35,471 bases of DNA from Bacteroidales bacterium. Lineage in GTDB: Bacteria > Bacteroidota > Bacteroidia > Bacteroidales > JAOZQN01. The position numbers and the translations under genes were made by a program. The notes under the pieces were generated by a model that saw only the letters and a program-made list of their open reading frames with translations, ran no database searches and was not told where the DNA came from. Below are positions 1 through 8,095 of the stretch, piece by piece. Each line of letters opens with the position of its first letter. Position 1 is the first letter of the stretch. The stretch is from contig JAOZTW010000001.1 of NCBI GenBank assembly GCA_029938985.1, positions 1-35,471 of the forward strand, written 5' to 3'.

Positions 1-2
1 TA

Positions 3-188
3 TCAACACATTATAGCCATGTCCAGTTTTTTACCCATTATTTTAGAGGTCAGAATATCAATTATTTGTAATAAAATATAACTTTTTCCAACTCTACGCT
101 GTCCTGTAAATGCTTTTATTATTTGTTTATCAATAAAAGGAATAATTTTTTGTAGATATTTTTGCCTTTTTATAATATTATTTTTCAT
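3..188 (-). CDS. AAA-family ATPase (DUF4143-type) N-terminal fragment. An in-frame stop at 3..5 leaves only about 61 aa, so it is truncated, disrupted or a remnant.
   Basis: Walker A 'GQRRVGKS' follows MKNNIIKRQKYLQKIIPFIDKQIIKAFT, the usual N-terminal layout of this ATPase family. The ORF-track ATG at 221 lies inside the 40-bp tandem repeat, so I prefer the ATG at 186..188. Confidence 0.4.
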   Translation of the reverse strand: MKNNIIKRQKYLQKIIPFIDKQIIKAFTGQRRVGKSYILLQIIDILTSKIMGKKLDMAIMC

Positions 189-200
189 TTGCAACCTATT

Positions 201-330
201 TATAAGTAAAACTTTTTGCAAATATACAAAATACTTTTCGTATAAGTAAAACTTTTTGCAAATAATTAAAATACTTTTCGTATAAGTAAAACTTTTTGCA
301 AATATTTAAAATACTTTTCGTACAAGTAAA
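201..330. repeat. 40-bp tandem direct repeat, three full copies plus a partial fourth
   Basis: Units at 201-240, 241-280 and 281-320 read 'tataagtaaaactttttgcaaataNNNNaaaatacttttcg'. They differ only in a short central variable patch. 321-330 'tacaagtaaa' starts a fourth unit. Confidence 0.9.
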
Positions 331-349
331 GTTTCATAAGAAATATATC

Positions 350-532
350 GGTTTACAGTCAAATATTGTGATGTCTTTACTTAAACCTAATTTATTTATT
401 TTAAATAAAATACAATCTTTTATGTGTAAAGCGTTCACGCTTTACTCGTTTGATTATCAACCAATTTTACGTGTAAAACGTGGACGCTTTACGCATAAAA
501 GTATATTTTATCACAATATTTAACTGTAAACC
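350..532. mobile_element. 183-bp element bounded by 23-bp inverted repeats and enclosing two related hairpins; MITE-like or a structured RNA
   Basis: 350-372 'ggtttacagtcaaatattgtgat' matches the reverse complement of 510-532 at 22 of 23 positions. Internal hairpins are 426-445 'gtaaagcg ttca cgctttac' and 473-492 'gtaaaacg tgga cgctttac'. Confidence 0.45.
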
Positions 533-619
533 ACTTTTTAATTTCGGCATTTTTCATAAATGCAAATTACTGTGTTATTTTGATTATTTTAAAATCCTCA
601 TTTACAATAAGTAAACTGC

Positions 620-641
620 GGCATTTAAAAATAAAAATGCC
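620..641 (-). terminator. Possible weak hairpin terminator downstream of the methyltransferase gene
   Basis: 'ggcattt' at 620-626 pairs with 'aaatgcc' at 635-641, 28 nt past the stop at 669. A similar 'gcattt..aaatgc' hairpin lies at about 547-567. The U-tract on the minus strand is poor. Confidence 0.25.
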
Positions 642-668
642 TTAATTTCTTAAGTCTTATGTCCAGAT

Positions 669-1742
669 TTACTTCCGTTTTGTAAACACTATCGCAGAAT
701 ATTCTCCAAATTTACTCATGAAACTGCTATATTTATCTTCAATTTTAATCAAATTATCTAATATTTTTTCACCAAATAACCATTTATGAACATAAATATT
801 CAAAAAATATTTATTTGTACTTCTCCAACAATGGAATTCAATATCTGCACTAAAATCAAAAGATTTTTTAAACCATCTGCGGCTATGTGGATAAAAATAT
901 AATCTTGGTTTTGATTTTGCCAGTCTTACATAAATTTTTCCTGCGAAATATCTTAATATTCTATAAAGTTGAATCAGGTTTAATGAAATGTTCATAAACC
1001 AACTATGATAAAACCAGTTATAAATAATTACTATTTTAGAATTTTGTTTTGCAACTCTGTACATTTCATTCACAGCAATCTTCTGGTCATTTTTAGGAAT
1101 ATGATATAATGTGTGTTGCGAAAGCACTGTATCAATAGAATTATCTTGAATTGGAATATTGGTAATATCACCACAAATATAAATCCCCTTTTTTCCTGCG
1201 TTATCAATATTTATTTTTGCTTGAATCAAAGCATTTATTGATATGTCAACACAAATTCGATAATTATATCCATCAGATAAAGACATATATTCTGGCAATC
1301 CAATCGGTCCGGAAGCAATATCTAATATATAATTGCCATGTTTTGGATAGAATCGTGAAGCTTTTGCAAAAGAATTTTTAATATATTTTGAGGATACCTC
1401 TCTAAAATCAACCCATTTTGGACTATCCTCATATATTTTAAGAGAATCCTTAACTTTATAATTTACTTCGTTGTAATAATCAAAAACTCTTTTCTTATCA
1501 AACGATAAGTTATCCCTTTTTTCTTGAGATTCTCCAATATGTACAGCGTAATGCTCATGTAACACAATTATATCATCAAATATAGGAAAAAAGTATTGTT
1601 TTGTGTTATCAACCAAACCGAAAGAAAGATTATGGAATTTTTCATAGTCTTTTGGTAAATCATAGTTTAGAAATTCTTCTTTCTCGATCAGTTTAAGTCC
1701 ATTTTTTGTTATCGGACATCTTAATTTTTTAATAAAATCCAT
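669..1742 (-). CDS. Class I SAM-dependent methyltransferase with an N-terminal Trm112-like segment
   Basis: N-terminus 'LRCPITKNGL...PIFDDIIVL' is Trm112-like. SAM motif I is 'ILDIASGPIG', followed by 'DISINAL' and 'GDITNIPIQDNSIDTVLSQHTLYHIP', typical of Methyltransf_11-type enzymes. Confidence 0.8.
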   Translation of the reverse strand: MDFIKKLRCPITKNGLKLIEKEEFLNYDLPKDYEKFHNLSFGLVDNTKQYFFPIFDDIIVLHEHYAVHIGESQEKRDNLSFDKKRVFDYYNEVNYKVKDSLKIYEDSPKWVDFREVSSKYIKNSFAKASRFYPKHGNYILDIASGPIGLPEYMSLSDGYNYRICVDISINALIQAKINIDNAGKKGIYICGDITNIPIQDNSIDTVLSQHTLYHIPKNDQKIAVNEMYRVAKQNSKIVIIYNWFYHSWFMNISLNLIQLYRILRYFAGKIYVRLAKSKPRLYFYPHSRRWFKKSFDFSADIEFHCWRSTNKYFLNIYVHKWLFGEKILDNLIKIEDKYSSFMSKFGEYSAIVFTKRK

Positions 1743-2165
1743 ATGTTATTACTAATTTATAATTATTGTACTAATGCTTGTTAAACTTACATACAACGAA
1801 TATGTGTGATGACAAGCATTTTGTAGTTTTTTTTAAGTTAAATAAGAAGTTAAAAGTTATCGAATATATATGTCAATTTTTAAAGAGGTTATTTTTATAT
1901 TATGTAGGGCAAAAAATAATTGTATATTACTTATATTCAAATCTTTTACAACGAAGCATAATGCTAAAAATTGACGTTTATTTATGGTTAACTACTTAGG
2001 AACAAAACATATAAAAAAACCAAAAATAGCTGACATTCTACATGTTGCGTGTAAGAGATGTAATTTCGAATTACGCATTGGCAAAAGTAGAGTAAATATT
2101 CAAGAAAGTACAAAATATTTTGACTTATTTTCATTTTTTAAATTTTCAACGTACCCTTATTATAA

Positions 2166-2318
2166 TCATCTAATTTTTATTACTTTTGCTTGAATACCAG
2201 CAATTAATTGATTACCCTCATGAAACAATTTTGCCACAACCGAACCAGCAGCTACAACTGTATGCTCAACAAGTTCCAGACCTGACAGATTGTACAATTT
2301 GTAGTTAATAAAAAATTC
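2166..2318 (-). pseudogene. C-terminal remnant of a hexapeptide-repeat (LbH) acetyltransferase
   Basis: The minus-strand frame reads 'EFFINYKLYNLSGLELVEHTVVAAGSVVAKLFHEGNQLIAGIQAKVIKIR*'. The 'AAGSVV.K....GN.L.AG.PAKVIK' pattern is the usual C-terminus of sugar O-acetyltransferases. There is no start codon and an upstream in-frame stop lies at 2319-2321. The patch is locally GC-richer. Confidence 0.45.
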
Positions 2319-2463
2319 TTATGAATAAATAATTGGCTTAGTTTCAATATAATGAAAATAATCATTTAAAGAATAATTTTTACTAATTGATTGTGATTAA
2401 CAAAATCTTTATAAATTAATTTAAAAAATTGATAAAATACGCTTTTAATTTATTGTAGTTTGA

Positions 2464-2499
2464 GAAAAAAACTTAAACAATGCTATGTATAAGCATTGT
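2464..2499 (-). terminator. Rho-independent terminator closing the 10749..2483 operon
   Basis: On the minus strand, 'acaatgct' (2492-2499) pairs with 'agcattgt' (2477-2484) as an 8-bp perfect stem with a 7-nt loop that contains the TAG stop. It is followed by 'ttaagttttttt'. Confidence 0.6.
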
Positions 2500-3583
2500 C
2501 GCCATCACCAGAATAAAATTCAAAATTCTTGTTTTCAAATAATTTAGATATTTTTTTTGAGGCATAAAAATTTTTATTAAATTGTTTAGAAAATAAATAA
2601 GCCGATTTTTTATTAAATATTTCTAATAGATTTTTGTCAAACAAAGTTATAGTAAAAATTTTATTTCTTCTAATTATTTCTTTTAAAATACAATAAATAT
2701 TATTAATTTCATTTTTTTCGTAAAATATGTAAGGTATTTCTATATTTTTATTTCTTATTTTTATTATAAAAAAAGCAGATATTACATTATTTGAATTATA
2801 TATTTTTATGTTATTGTAACAAAAATTTTTACTTATTGAAGAAAAATAATATTTCATATTAAAATTATCAATAAATGGTGCATTTATTACCCAGGGAAAT
2901 TTTTGAAAATGATTAAATTCACTAATGTTTCTTTTAAATGGATTATTTTTATTTTTATTTAAAATAAAATCATATAATTCATTGTCAATATCTTTAATAA
3001 AAACAAAATTTATATTGTTAATTTTATTTGTTCCAAATTTTGATTTTATATTTATAAAAAAATTAAAAGATTTATCTATAATTTTTAAAGCATATTTTAT
3101 TTTTTTAAAAATTTCAATTTTTTTAGGTAAAATTTGATGTGAAGAAAATCTAAAATAAAATCTTTTGCCTTTCAATGATTTAATTTTTTCAAAATGTTTA
3201 CTTTTATCAAAAACAGCTTTTGCATTGGGTGCAAAATTTGAAAAAAAAATATTATCTTGCAAATCCTCAACTATTTTATTTAGCATTTGTATTGAGTAAC
3301 CTTTTCTTCTTTGCTCTGGTTTGACCCAACTACCACTTGTCCAATAAATTTTATATTTTATATCATTAATAAAAATACAATCCGAAAAAATAGTTCTATA
3401 ACCAATAATTTCATTTTTAATATATAAAATATATATTGCTACATCATTTTTCTCGGCTCTATGATTTTTAATATACGATTTTGCTCGATGTACAGAAATA
3501 GGTAAGTGAGGCATATTTTTGTACTCGTTGGAGTTAATAAAACTGTTTAAATCTTTTATATAAATTTTTTTTATTCTATTCAT
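2483..3583 (-). CDS. GNAT-fold acyltransferase, two-lobed and FemX-like in size
   Basis: GNAT motif A-like 'WVKPEQRRKGYSIQMLNKIVEDL' sits in the N-terminal half, followed by a second lobe of about 200 aa. The gene lies 10 nt downstream of the carrier-protein gene. Confidence 0.6.
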   Translation of the reverse strand: MNRIKKIYIKDLNSFINSNEYKNMPHLPISVHRAKSYIKNHRAEKNDVAIYILYIKNEIIGYRTIFSDCIFINDIKYKIYWTSGSWVKPEQRRKGYSIQMLNKIVEDLQDNIFFSNFAPNAKAVFDKSKHFEKIKSLKGKRFYFRFSSHQILPKKIEIFKKIKYALKIIDKSFNFFINIKSKFGTNKINNINFVFIKDIDNELYDFILNKNKNNPFKRNISEFNHFQKFPWVINAPFIDNFNMKYYFSSISKNFCYNNIKIYNSNNVISAFFIIKIRNKNIEIPYIFYEKNEINNIYCILKEIIRRNKIFTITLFDKNLLEIFNKKSAYLFSKQFNKNFYASKKISKLFENKNFEFYSGDGDNAYT

Positions 3584-3593
3584 TTATATAAAT

Positions 3594-3827
3594 TTATTCA
3601 GTGTGTTTTTTTGAAACAGCTATAGAAATATCATTAATTGTTTCAAAATCAATAATTTCATCTAAATCAAAACTTAGATTAAACTCATCTTCTAAGCTAC
3701 TAATAATAACTGCATGATTTAACGAATCCCAATTTTCAATATTTTCTAACTGAGTATCTTTAGTAATATTACTATTCGAAATTTTTAATTTTTTTGATAT
3801 TAAATTAATAATTTTTTCTGTTATCAT
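3594..3827 (-). CDS. Stand-alone acyl/peptidyl carrier protein, 77 aa
   Basis: 'MITEKIINLISKKL...IENWDSLNHAVIISSLEDEF' carries a DSL phosphopantetheine-serine motif in a helical protein of about 77 aa. I trimmed the ORF-track start at 3965 because it overlaps the upstream gene. The ATG at 3825-3827 lies 19 nt after that gene's stop. Confidence 0.75.
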   Translation of the reverse strand: MITEKIINLISKKLKISNSNITKDTQLENIENWDSLNHAVIISSLEDEFNLSFDLDEIIDFETINDISIAVSKKHTE

Positions 3828-3846
3828 TTTTAATCTGTTTAAATTT

Positions 3847-6126
3847 TTAATTGTTATATTTAGTTTGTGCAAAAATATAAATTGAATTAACATCTGCAAA
3901 ACCAATTTTTTTATAAACTCCATTTCCCACCTTAGTTGAATGCAAAACAAATTCAAATATTTCATTTTTTATAGCTTCATTTATTGCATACAAAGTTATG
4001 GCAGTTCCAAATCCTTTTTTTCTATAATTTTGGTCAGTTGCAATCATATATAATCCTGCTATACTGTTGTTTACATACAACAAAGAAGTAGCCACTGCTA
4101 CACCTTTATAAGTGGCAAGATACAAATAAAAATTGGGATTATTAAGAATTTCGGAGAATAAAGTTTCGGTTAAACTGCCGTTTGAATTAAGTGCATTATT
4201 AGCTATTTTTAACCAAGATTCTAATTGTTCTTGTTTTGTTATTTTAACAATATTTAAGTTTTCATTATATTTATTTTCAATTATTTTATCTTTAAAACAA
4301 TACATTCCTTGCCATTTTGTGATAGGAAAAAAATTATTTTTTTTTAATTCTTTATATTTAAAATTTGTAATATCTGAATTAATAATCCATTTTTTAGGAA
4401 GTTCGTTATTACTAATTAATTTTTTTATTTTAATTAAATTTTCGTCAAAATTTTGTTTATCAATATTTTTATTTAAAATAAAATTAAGCCATTTACCTTT
4501 TGTATTAATAATTGCCGAGAAATCTTTTTCTTTATATGTAGATATATCTTTGTGTGCTATCCAAGAATTATAAAATTGAATTAAATTTGTTTCAATTTTA
4601 AGTTTTTGTTGTTTAATATTATTTTTTTTTACAATCATATCTTTGATTTTATTTCTGTCAGTTTTTCCACTCAAATTTATTGGAAATTGTTCTAATTCAA
4701 TAATTTCGCTTGGTAGCATGTAAGTTGGTAATTTTTTTTGCAAATATTGAAAAAGTGTTTTTTTATCTTTTTGCAAATTTAAGCAAATAAGTTTAATATC
4801 ATGTAAATTTTCAGAATTTTTTATTGCCAAAGCAACAAAATTATCAGCACTCCCCCACTCCACTGCCACGCTTTCAATTTCTTCAAGTTCAACTCTATAG
4901 CCTTGTATTTGAACTTGATTATCAATTCGCCCAAGAAAATAATAATTTTCATTATCATTTTTTATAACTAAATCTCCTGTTTTATAAAATCGGTATTCTT
5001 TATTGTTGTATATTTTGTTAAAAAACTTTAATTTATTGTTTTCAATATTATTAAAATAACCAACTGTTATTTGATTTCCTGCAATACATAATTCTCCTTT
5101 TTTACTGTTTTCTAATATATTATTTTCAATATCTACAACAACAGCAATAGTTGAACCAAAAGTTTTCCCAATAGCTACTATATTATTATTACTTAGATAA
5201 TTATCGTTTTTATGTTTTGTCCAATTAAAAAAATGAGTATCAACAGTTGCCTCAGTTGGTCCATAGGCATTAAATATTTGAGCGTTTGCAATACATTTTT
5301 GCCATTTCAAAAGGTCTGTTTCAAATAATGCTTCTCCTCCAAAAAGTTGTAATTTTATATATGGAAGATGTATTTTATCAAAGTATGATTTTAAAAAAGA
5401 TAACATAGATGGTGTAAATTTTGCAACCGTAATATTATATTTTTTCATAATTTTATATGCCTCTAAATATTTTACTTTTGTTGCAGAAACAGTATAAACA
5501 CTTGCTCCAATAAATAGCGGAAACAGAAAGGAAGGAATTGAGGCATCAAAAGTTAAATCATAAATTTGAAGGAATCTGTCATTATTATTTAAGTTATTAA
5601 AAAAATATTTATAATCTACAATAAATGAATTCAAATTTTTTAATGAAATTTTCACTCCTTTTGGTTGCCCTGTGCTTCCTGAAGTAAAAAATATATACAT
5701 TAAATCATTGTAGGAGAATTTTGAAAAATCTACATTAATATTAATATTTGATTTAATAAAATTTGTATTAACTACAATATTTTCAAAACTATATAATTTA
5801 TTAAAACTTGCTGTACTTGTCAAAATCAAATCTGGTTTTATTTGATTTAAGATTTTTTTATTTCTACTTTTAGGGTGTTTTGGATTCAATGGAACAAAAA
5901 TATTATTAGTAAACCAGCTGGCTAAAATACTTGCATAAGTTTCAATATCATTGTTTACATAAATAACAATAATATTTTGTTTTTCATTTACCTCTTGTTT
6001 AATTAGAAAAATTATTGTATCAATTACCTTTTTAAAATACTCATAAGAATATTTTTTTCCATTAATAAAAAAAGCTGTACTTTTATTATAAAGTGATAAA
6101 TTTTTATGTATAGTCTCTAAAAACAT
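3847..6126 (-). CDS. NRPS-type amino-acid adenylation enzyme (DltA/AlmE-like) fused to a C-terminal GNAT acyltransferase region of about 250 aa
   Basis: Adenylation core motifs are 'FFTSGSTGQPKGV' (A3), 'FDAS' (A4), 'NAYGPTEATV' (A5), 'YKTGDL' (A7), 'GRIDNQVQIQGYRVELEEIE' (A8) and 'LSGKTDR' (A10). The C-terminus has GNAT motif A 'YMIATDQNYRKKGFGTAITLYAINEA'. Confidence 0.85.
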   Translation of the reverse strand: MFLETIHKNLSLYNKSTAFFINGKKYSYEYFKKVIDTIIFLIKQEVNEKQNIIVIYVNNDIETYASILASWFTNNIFVPLNPKHPKSRNKKILNQIKPDLILTSTASFNKLYSFENIVVNTNFIKSNININVDFSKFSYNDLMYIFFTSGSTGQPKGVKISLKNLNSFIVDYKYFFNNLNNNDRFLQIYDLTFDASIPSFLFPLFIGASVYTVSATKVKYLEAYKIMKKYNITVAKFTPSMLSFLKSYFDKIHLPYIKLQLFGGEALFETDLLKWQKCIANAQIFNAYGPTEATVDTHFFNWTKHKNDNYLSNNNIVAIGKTFGSTIAVVVDIENNILENSKKGELCIAGNQITVGYFNNIENNKLKFFNKIYNNKEYRFYKTGDLVIKNDNENYYFLGRIDNQVQIQGYRVELEEIESVAVEWGSADNFVALAIKNSENLHDIKLICLNLQKDKKTLFQYLQKKLPTYMLPSEIIELEQFPINLSGKTDRNKIKDMIVKKNNIKQQKLKIETNLIQFYNSWIAHKDISTYKEKDFSAIINTKGKWLNFILNKNIDKQNFDENLIKIKKLISNNELPKKWIINSDITNFKYKELKKNNFFPITKWQGMYCFKDKIIENKYNENLNIVKITKQEQLESWLKIANNALNSNGSLTETLFSEILNNPNFYLYLATYKGVAVATSLLYVNNSIAGLYMIATDQNYRKKGFGTAITLYAINEAIKNEIFEFVLHSTKVGNGVYKKIGFADVNSIYIFAQTKYNN

Positions 6127-6189
6127 TTTTCTAATAAAATTTTGGTTGAGTTAATAAAACATTGTCTTCTTCTAAACATGAGTTTAGAA

Positions 6190-7197
6190 TTACATTTTTA
6201 TATTATTTTTGCCAAAAAAAGATTTTAAAAAATAATAGAAATATTCGTATTTAATAATATTTTTAGCCTTTAAATTTGATATTTCCATAGGTATTCGTTC
6301 AATATTTTTTTCCGAAAAATGATGTTTCAAACCAAAAGTACCAAATGTTAGTTCAAAATTATTTTTAAATATTATATTAAAAAATGTTTTACTTACTTTT
6401 GCATCGGTAAAAGGAAAAGCAAAAATTTTGTAATTCAAATTAAATTTTTTACAAATAAAATCAGAACTGTTATTTGTTTGTTCCACCTGCTCTTTTAAGC
6501 TTAATTTTTTATATTCAGGATGATTAACACTATGACATCCAATTGAAAAACCATCTGCAATTAATTTATTTATTTGCACTGTTGTTAAATAAGGTTTTTC
6601 TTTTTTTAAAAATTCATTAAAATCTAAATTTATAAGCTCTGCAATTTCGTTCAATTTATTTTTATCTGAATATTTAATTTGTTTAAGCCAATCAAATATA
6701 TTTATATTTAAGTGATTATCTTTTTGTATATAATTTAGTAATTTATTTTTATTTTTTGAATTATTTATTATTTCTTCAATAATTAAACTTATTTTATATC
6801 TATAAAAAAGTGATTTATTATCAATAAAATGCGAGTTTAAAAAAAAAGTTGCAGGAATACCTTTTTTTTTAAGTATTGGAGCAATAATATCATAACATTC
6901 ACTTAATCCATCATCAAACGAAAGAAAAAAAGATTTTTTAGTAATTATTTTTTCTTTATAAAAATGTTTTTTTAACTGCAGATAATTAATAGGTTGATAA
7001 TATTTTAATAAATAATCTAAGTCATTTATAAATTGTTTTTCGTTTTTTAATTGATATAAATGTTTAATATGTGCCAGTTTATTGTTACTTATTGTATGAT
7101 AAAAAGGCAAAATTATTTTCATATCAACTCCATTTATTAATAATTTAGATGGAATAACACTTGAAATTTTTTGAATAATATTTTGATATTTGTTCAT
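6190..7197 (-). CDS. Polysaccharide deacetylase (NodB/CE4 family)
   Basis: The NodB motifs 'SFDDGLSECY' (Asp-Asp) and 'GCHSVNHPEY' (His-x-x-x-His) are both intact. Confidence 0.8.
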   Translation of the reverse strand: MNKYQNIIQKISSVIPSKLLINGVDMKIILPFYHTISNNKLAHIKHLYQLKNEKQFINDLDYLLKYYQPINYLQLKKHFYKEKIITKKSFFLSFDDGLSECYDIIAPILKKKGIPATFFLNSHFIDNKSLFYRYKISLIIEEIINNSKNKNKLLNYIQKDNHLNINIFDWLKQIKYSDKNKLNEIAELINLDFNEFLKKEKPYLTTVQINKLIADGFSIGCHSVNHPEYKKLSLKEQVEQTNNSSDFICKKFNLNYKIFAFPFTDAKVSKTFFNIIFKNNFELTFGTFGLKHHFSEKNIERIPMEISNLKAKNIIKYEYFYYFLKSFFGKNNIKM

Positions 7198-7201
7198 AAA
7201 A

Positions 7202-8095
7202 TCAAAATTTCTTAAATAATCTAAATATTTTAGGTATTCTATTTTGATTATAATTTGAATAGAAAAACTCTTGAAAATTAAAACCTAAAGCAAGTTCTTT
7301 AATATTTTCAATATACTTACCGTCTAAGTGAAGTGAGATATTTTTTTTTGAATTAATTTTAATAAAGTAGTTTATCAAAAAAATAGCTGCATCTACATTT
7401 TCACAATTTAAAAATAACAGATTAACATTATGTTTAGAAAAAATGAAAAAAGATAATCCTAATAATTTATTTTTATTATCGTAAACTCCAAGTAAAACGG
7501 AGATTTTTTTTAATAACGATTTTGAAATCAACCTTCTCAAATTATCATAATCCTCTGGTAGTTCAAAATAATTTTTGTTTTTCAAATAATTAATTACAAT
7601 ATGAGGAGAAACTCCAGCTTTAACAAAATATTTATTATTATTTCCTGTCTGAATTGATTTTAAACAATTCCAAGAAAAAATTTTCACTATGGAGGAATAA
7701 GGTTCAATTAAATCTAAGGTATAATAATTTTTATTTTCTAAAATTAGTTGTTCTGGAAAAATATTATGTTTGTTGAAATTCAGATTTATTTTTTTGAATT
7801 TCTCTGGAATAAAATTTATAAAAGCCTCAGTATCTGCCTCATTTAGAGTTGTTGTGCTGTAAATCCCAAGCTGAAATACAAAAATAGGTTGAAATATAAC
7901 ATTGTACTTCAATTTTGAGTAATATATTAAAGGTAACACTTTTTCGTAATCACCATGTACAATTGCCGCCCAATTAGAACTCATGCAATCTAAATACCAG
8001 GAATATGCAAATACCTGACAATTAATAGATTTGGAAATACATAAATCCCATTTACGATATTCAATTTCTTTATTTTTTAAAAATTTTAATTTCAT
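7202..8095 (-). CDS. FemAB/Acetyltransf_6-like (GNAT-fold) acyltransferase family protein
   Basis: N-terminus 'YRKWDLCISKSINCQVFAYSWYLDCMSSNWAAIVHGDYEKVLPLIY' matches a conserved Bacteroidota family with an acyl-CoA N-acyltransferase fold. It lies 4 nt from the deacetylase gene and shares an ATGA overlap with the upstream gene. Confidence 0.55.
   Translation of the reverse strand: MKLKFLKNKEIEYRKWDLCISKSINCQVFAYSWYLDCMSSNWAAIVHGDYEKVLPLIYYSKLKYNVIFQPIFVFQLGIYSTTTLNEADTEAFINFIPEKFKKINLNFNKHNIFPEQLILENKNYYTLDLIEPYSSIVKIFSWNCLKSIQTGNNNKYFVKAGVSPHIVINYLKNKNYFELPEDYDNLRRLISKSLLKKISVLLGVYDNKNKLLGLSFFIFSKHNVNLLFLNCENVDAAIFLINYFIKINSKKNISLHLDGKYIENIKELALGFNFQEFFYSNYNQNRIPKIFRLFKKF

Noticed and set aside
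424-492. Two 22-nt palindromic repeats with a 25-nt spacer, considered as a mini-CRISPR
   Set aside because: There are only two units and they are not identical. They are shorter than typical CRISPR repeats, no cas genes are present, and they are enclosed by terminal inverted repeats.
296-523. 75-aa plus-strand ORF across the tandem repeat and the inverted-repeat-bounded element
   Set aside because: It is low-complexity, starts inside the 40-bp repeats and runs through the palindromes. It has no recognisable motif and is better explained by non-coding repeats.
1773-1820. 9-bp inverted repeat 'aatgcttgt'/'acaagcatt' followed by a T-rich run
   Set aside because: As a terminator it is oriented on the plus strand, where no gene precedes it. 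It has a short stem and a loop of about 30 nt, so it is probably fortuitous or a promoter-region feature I cannot support.
1778-2193. ORFs 1778..1999 and 1984..2193 in the gap upstream of the methyltransferase gene
   Set aside because: They are AT-rich, low-complexity translations with no motifs. The only coding-like signal in this gap is the minus-strand acetyltransferase remnant at 2166..2318.
3828-3965. N-terminal extension of the carrier-protein ORF (ORF-track start at 3965)
   Set aside because: It overlaps the 3' end of the adenylation gene in another frame and adds a nonsensical hydrophobic leader. The ATG at 3827 gives a canonical carrier protein of about 77 aa.
4133-4573. 146-aa antisense ORF inside the adenylation gene. 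Similar antisense ORFs: 2925..3137, 12412..12714, 12740..13009, 15714..15935, 16662..16865, 17557..17745, 26243..26497, 27403..27639, 30146..30421, 30759..30956, 31707..31919, 33033..33368, 34820..35119.
   Set aside because: All lie opposite or overlapping well-supported genes or the R1 repeat. They are rich in F, L, I and K as expected from AT-rich antisense frames, and they show no motifs.
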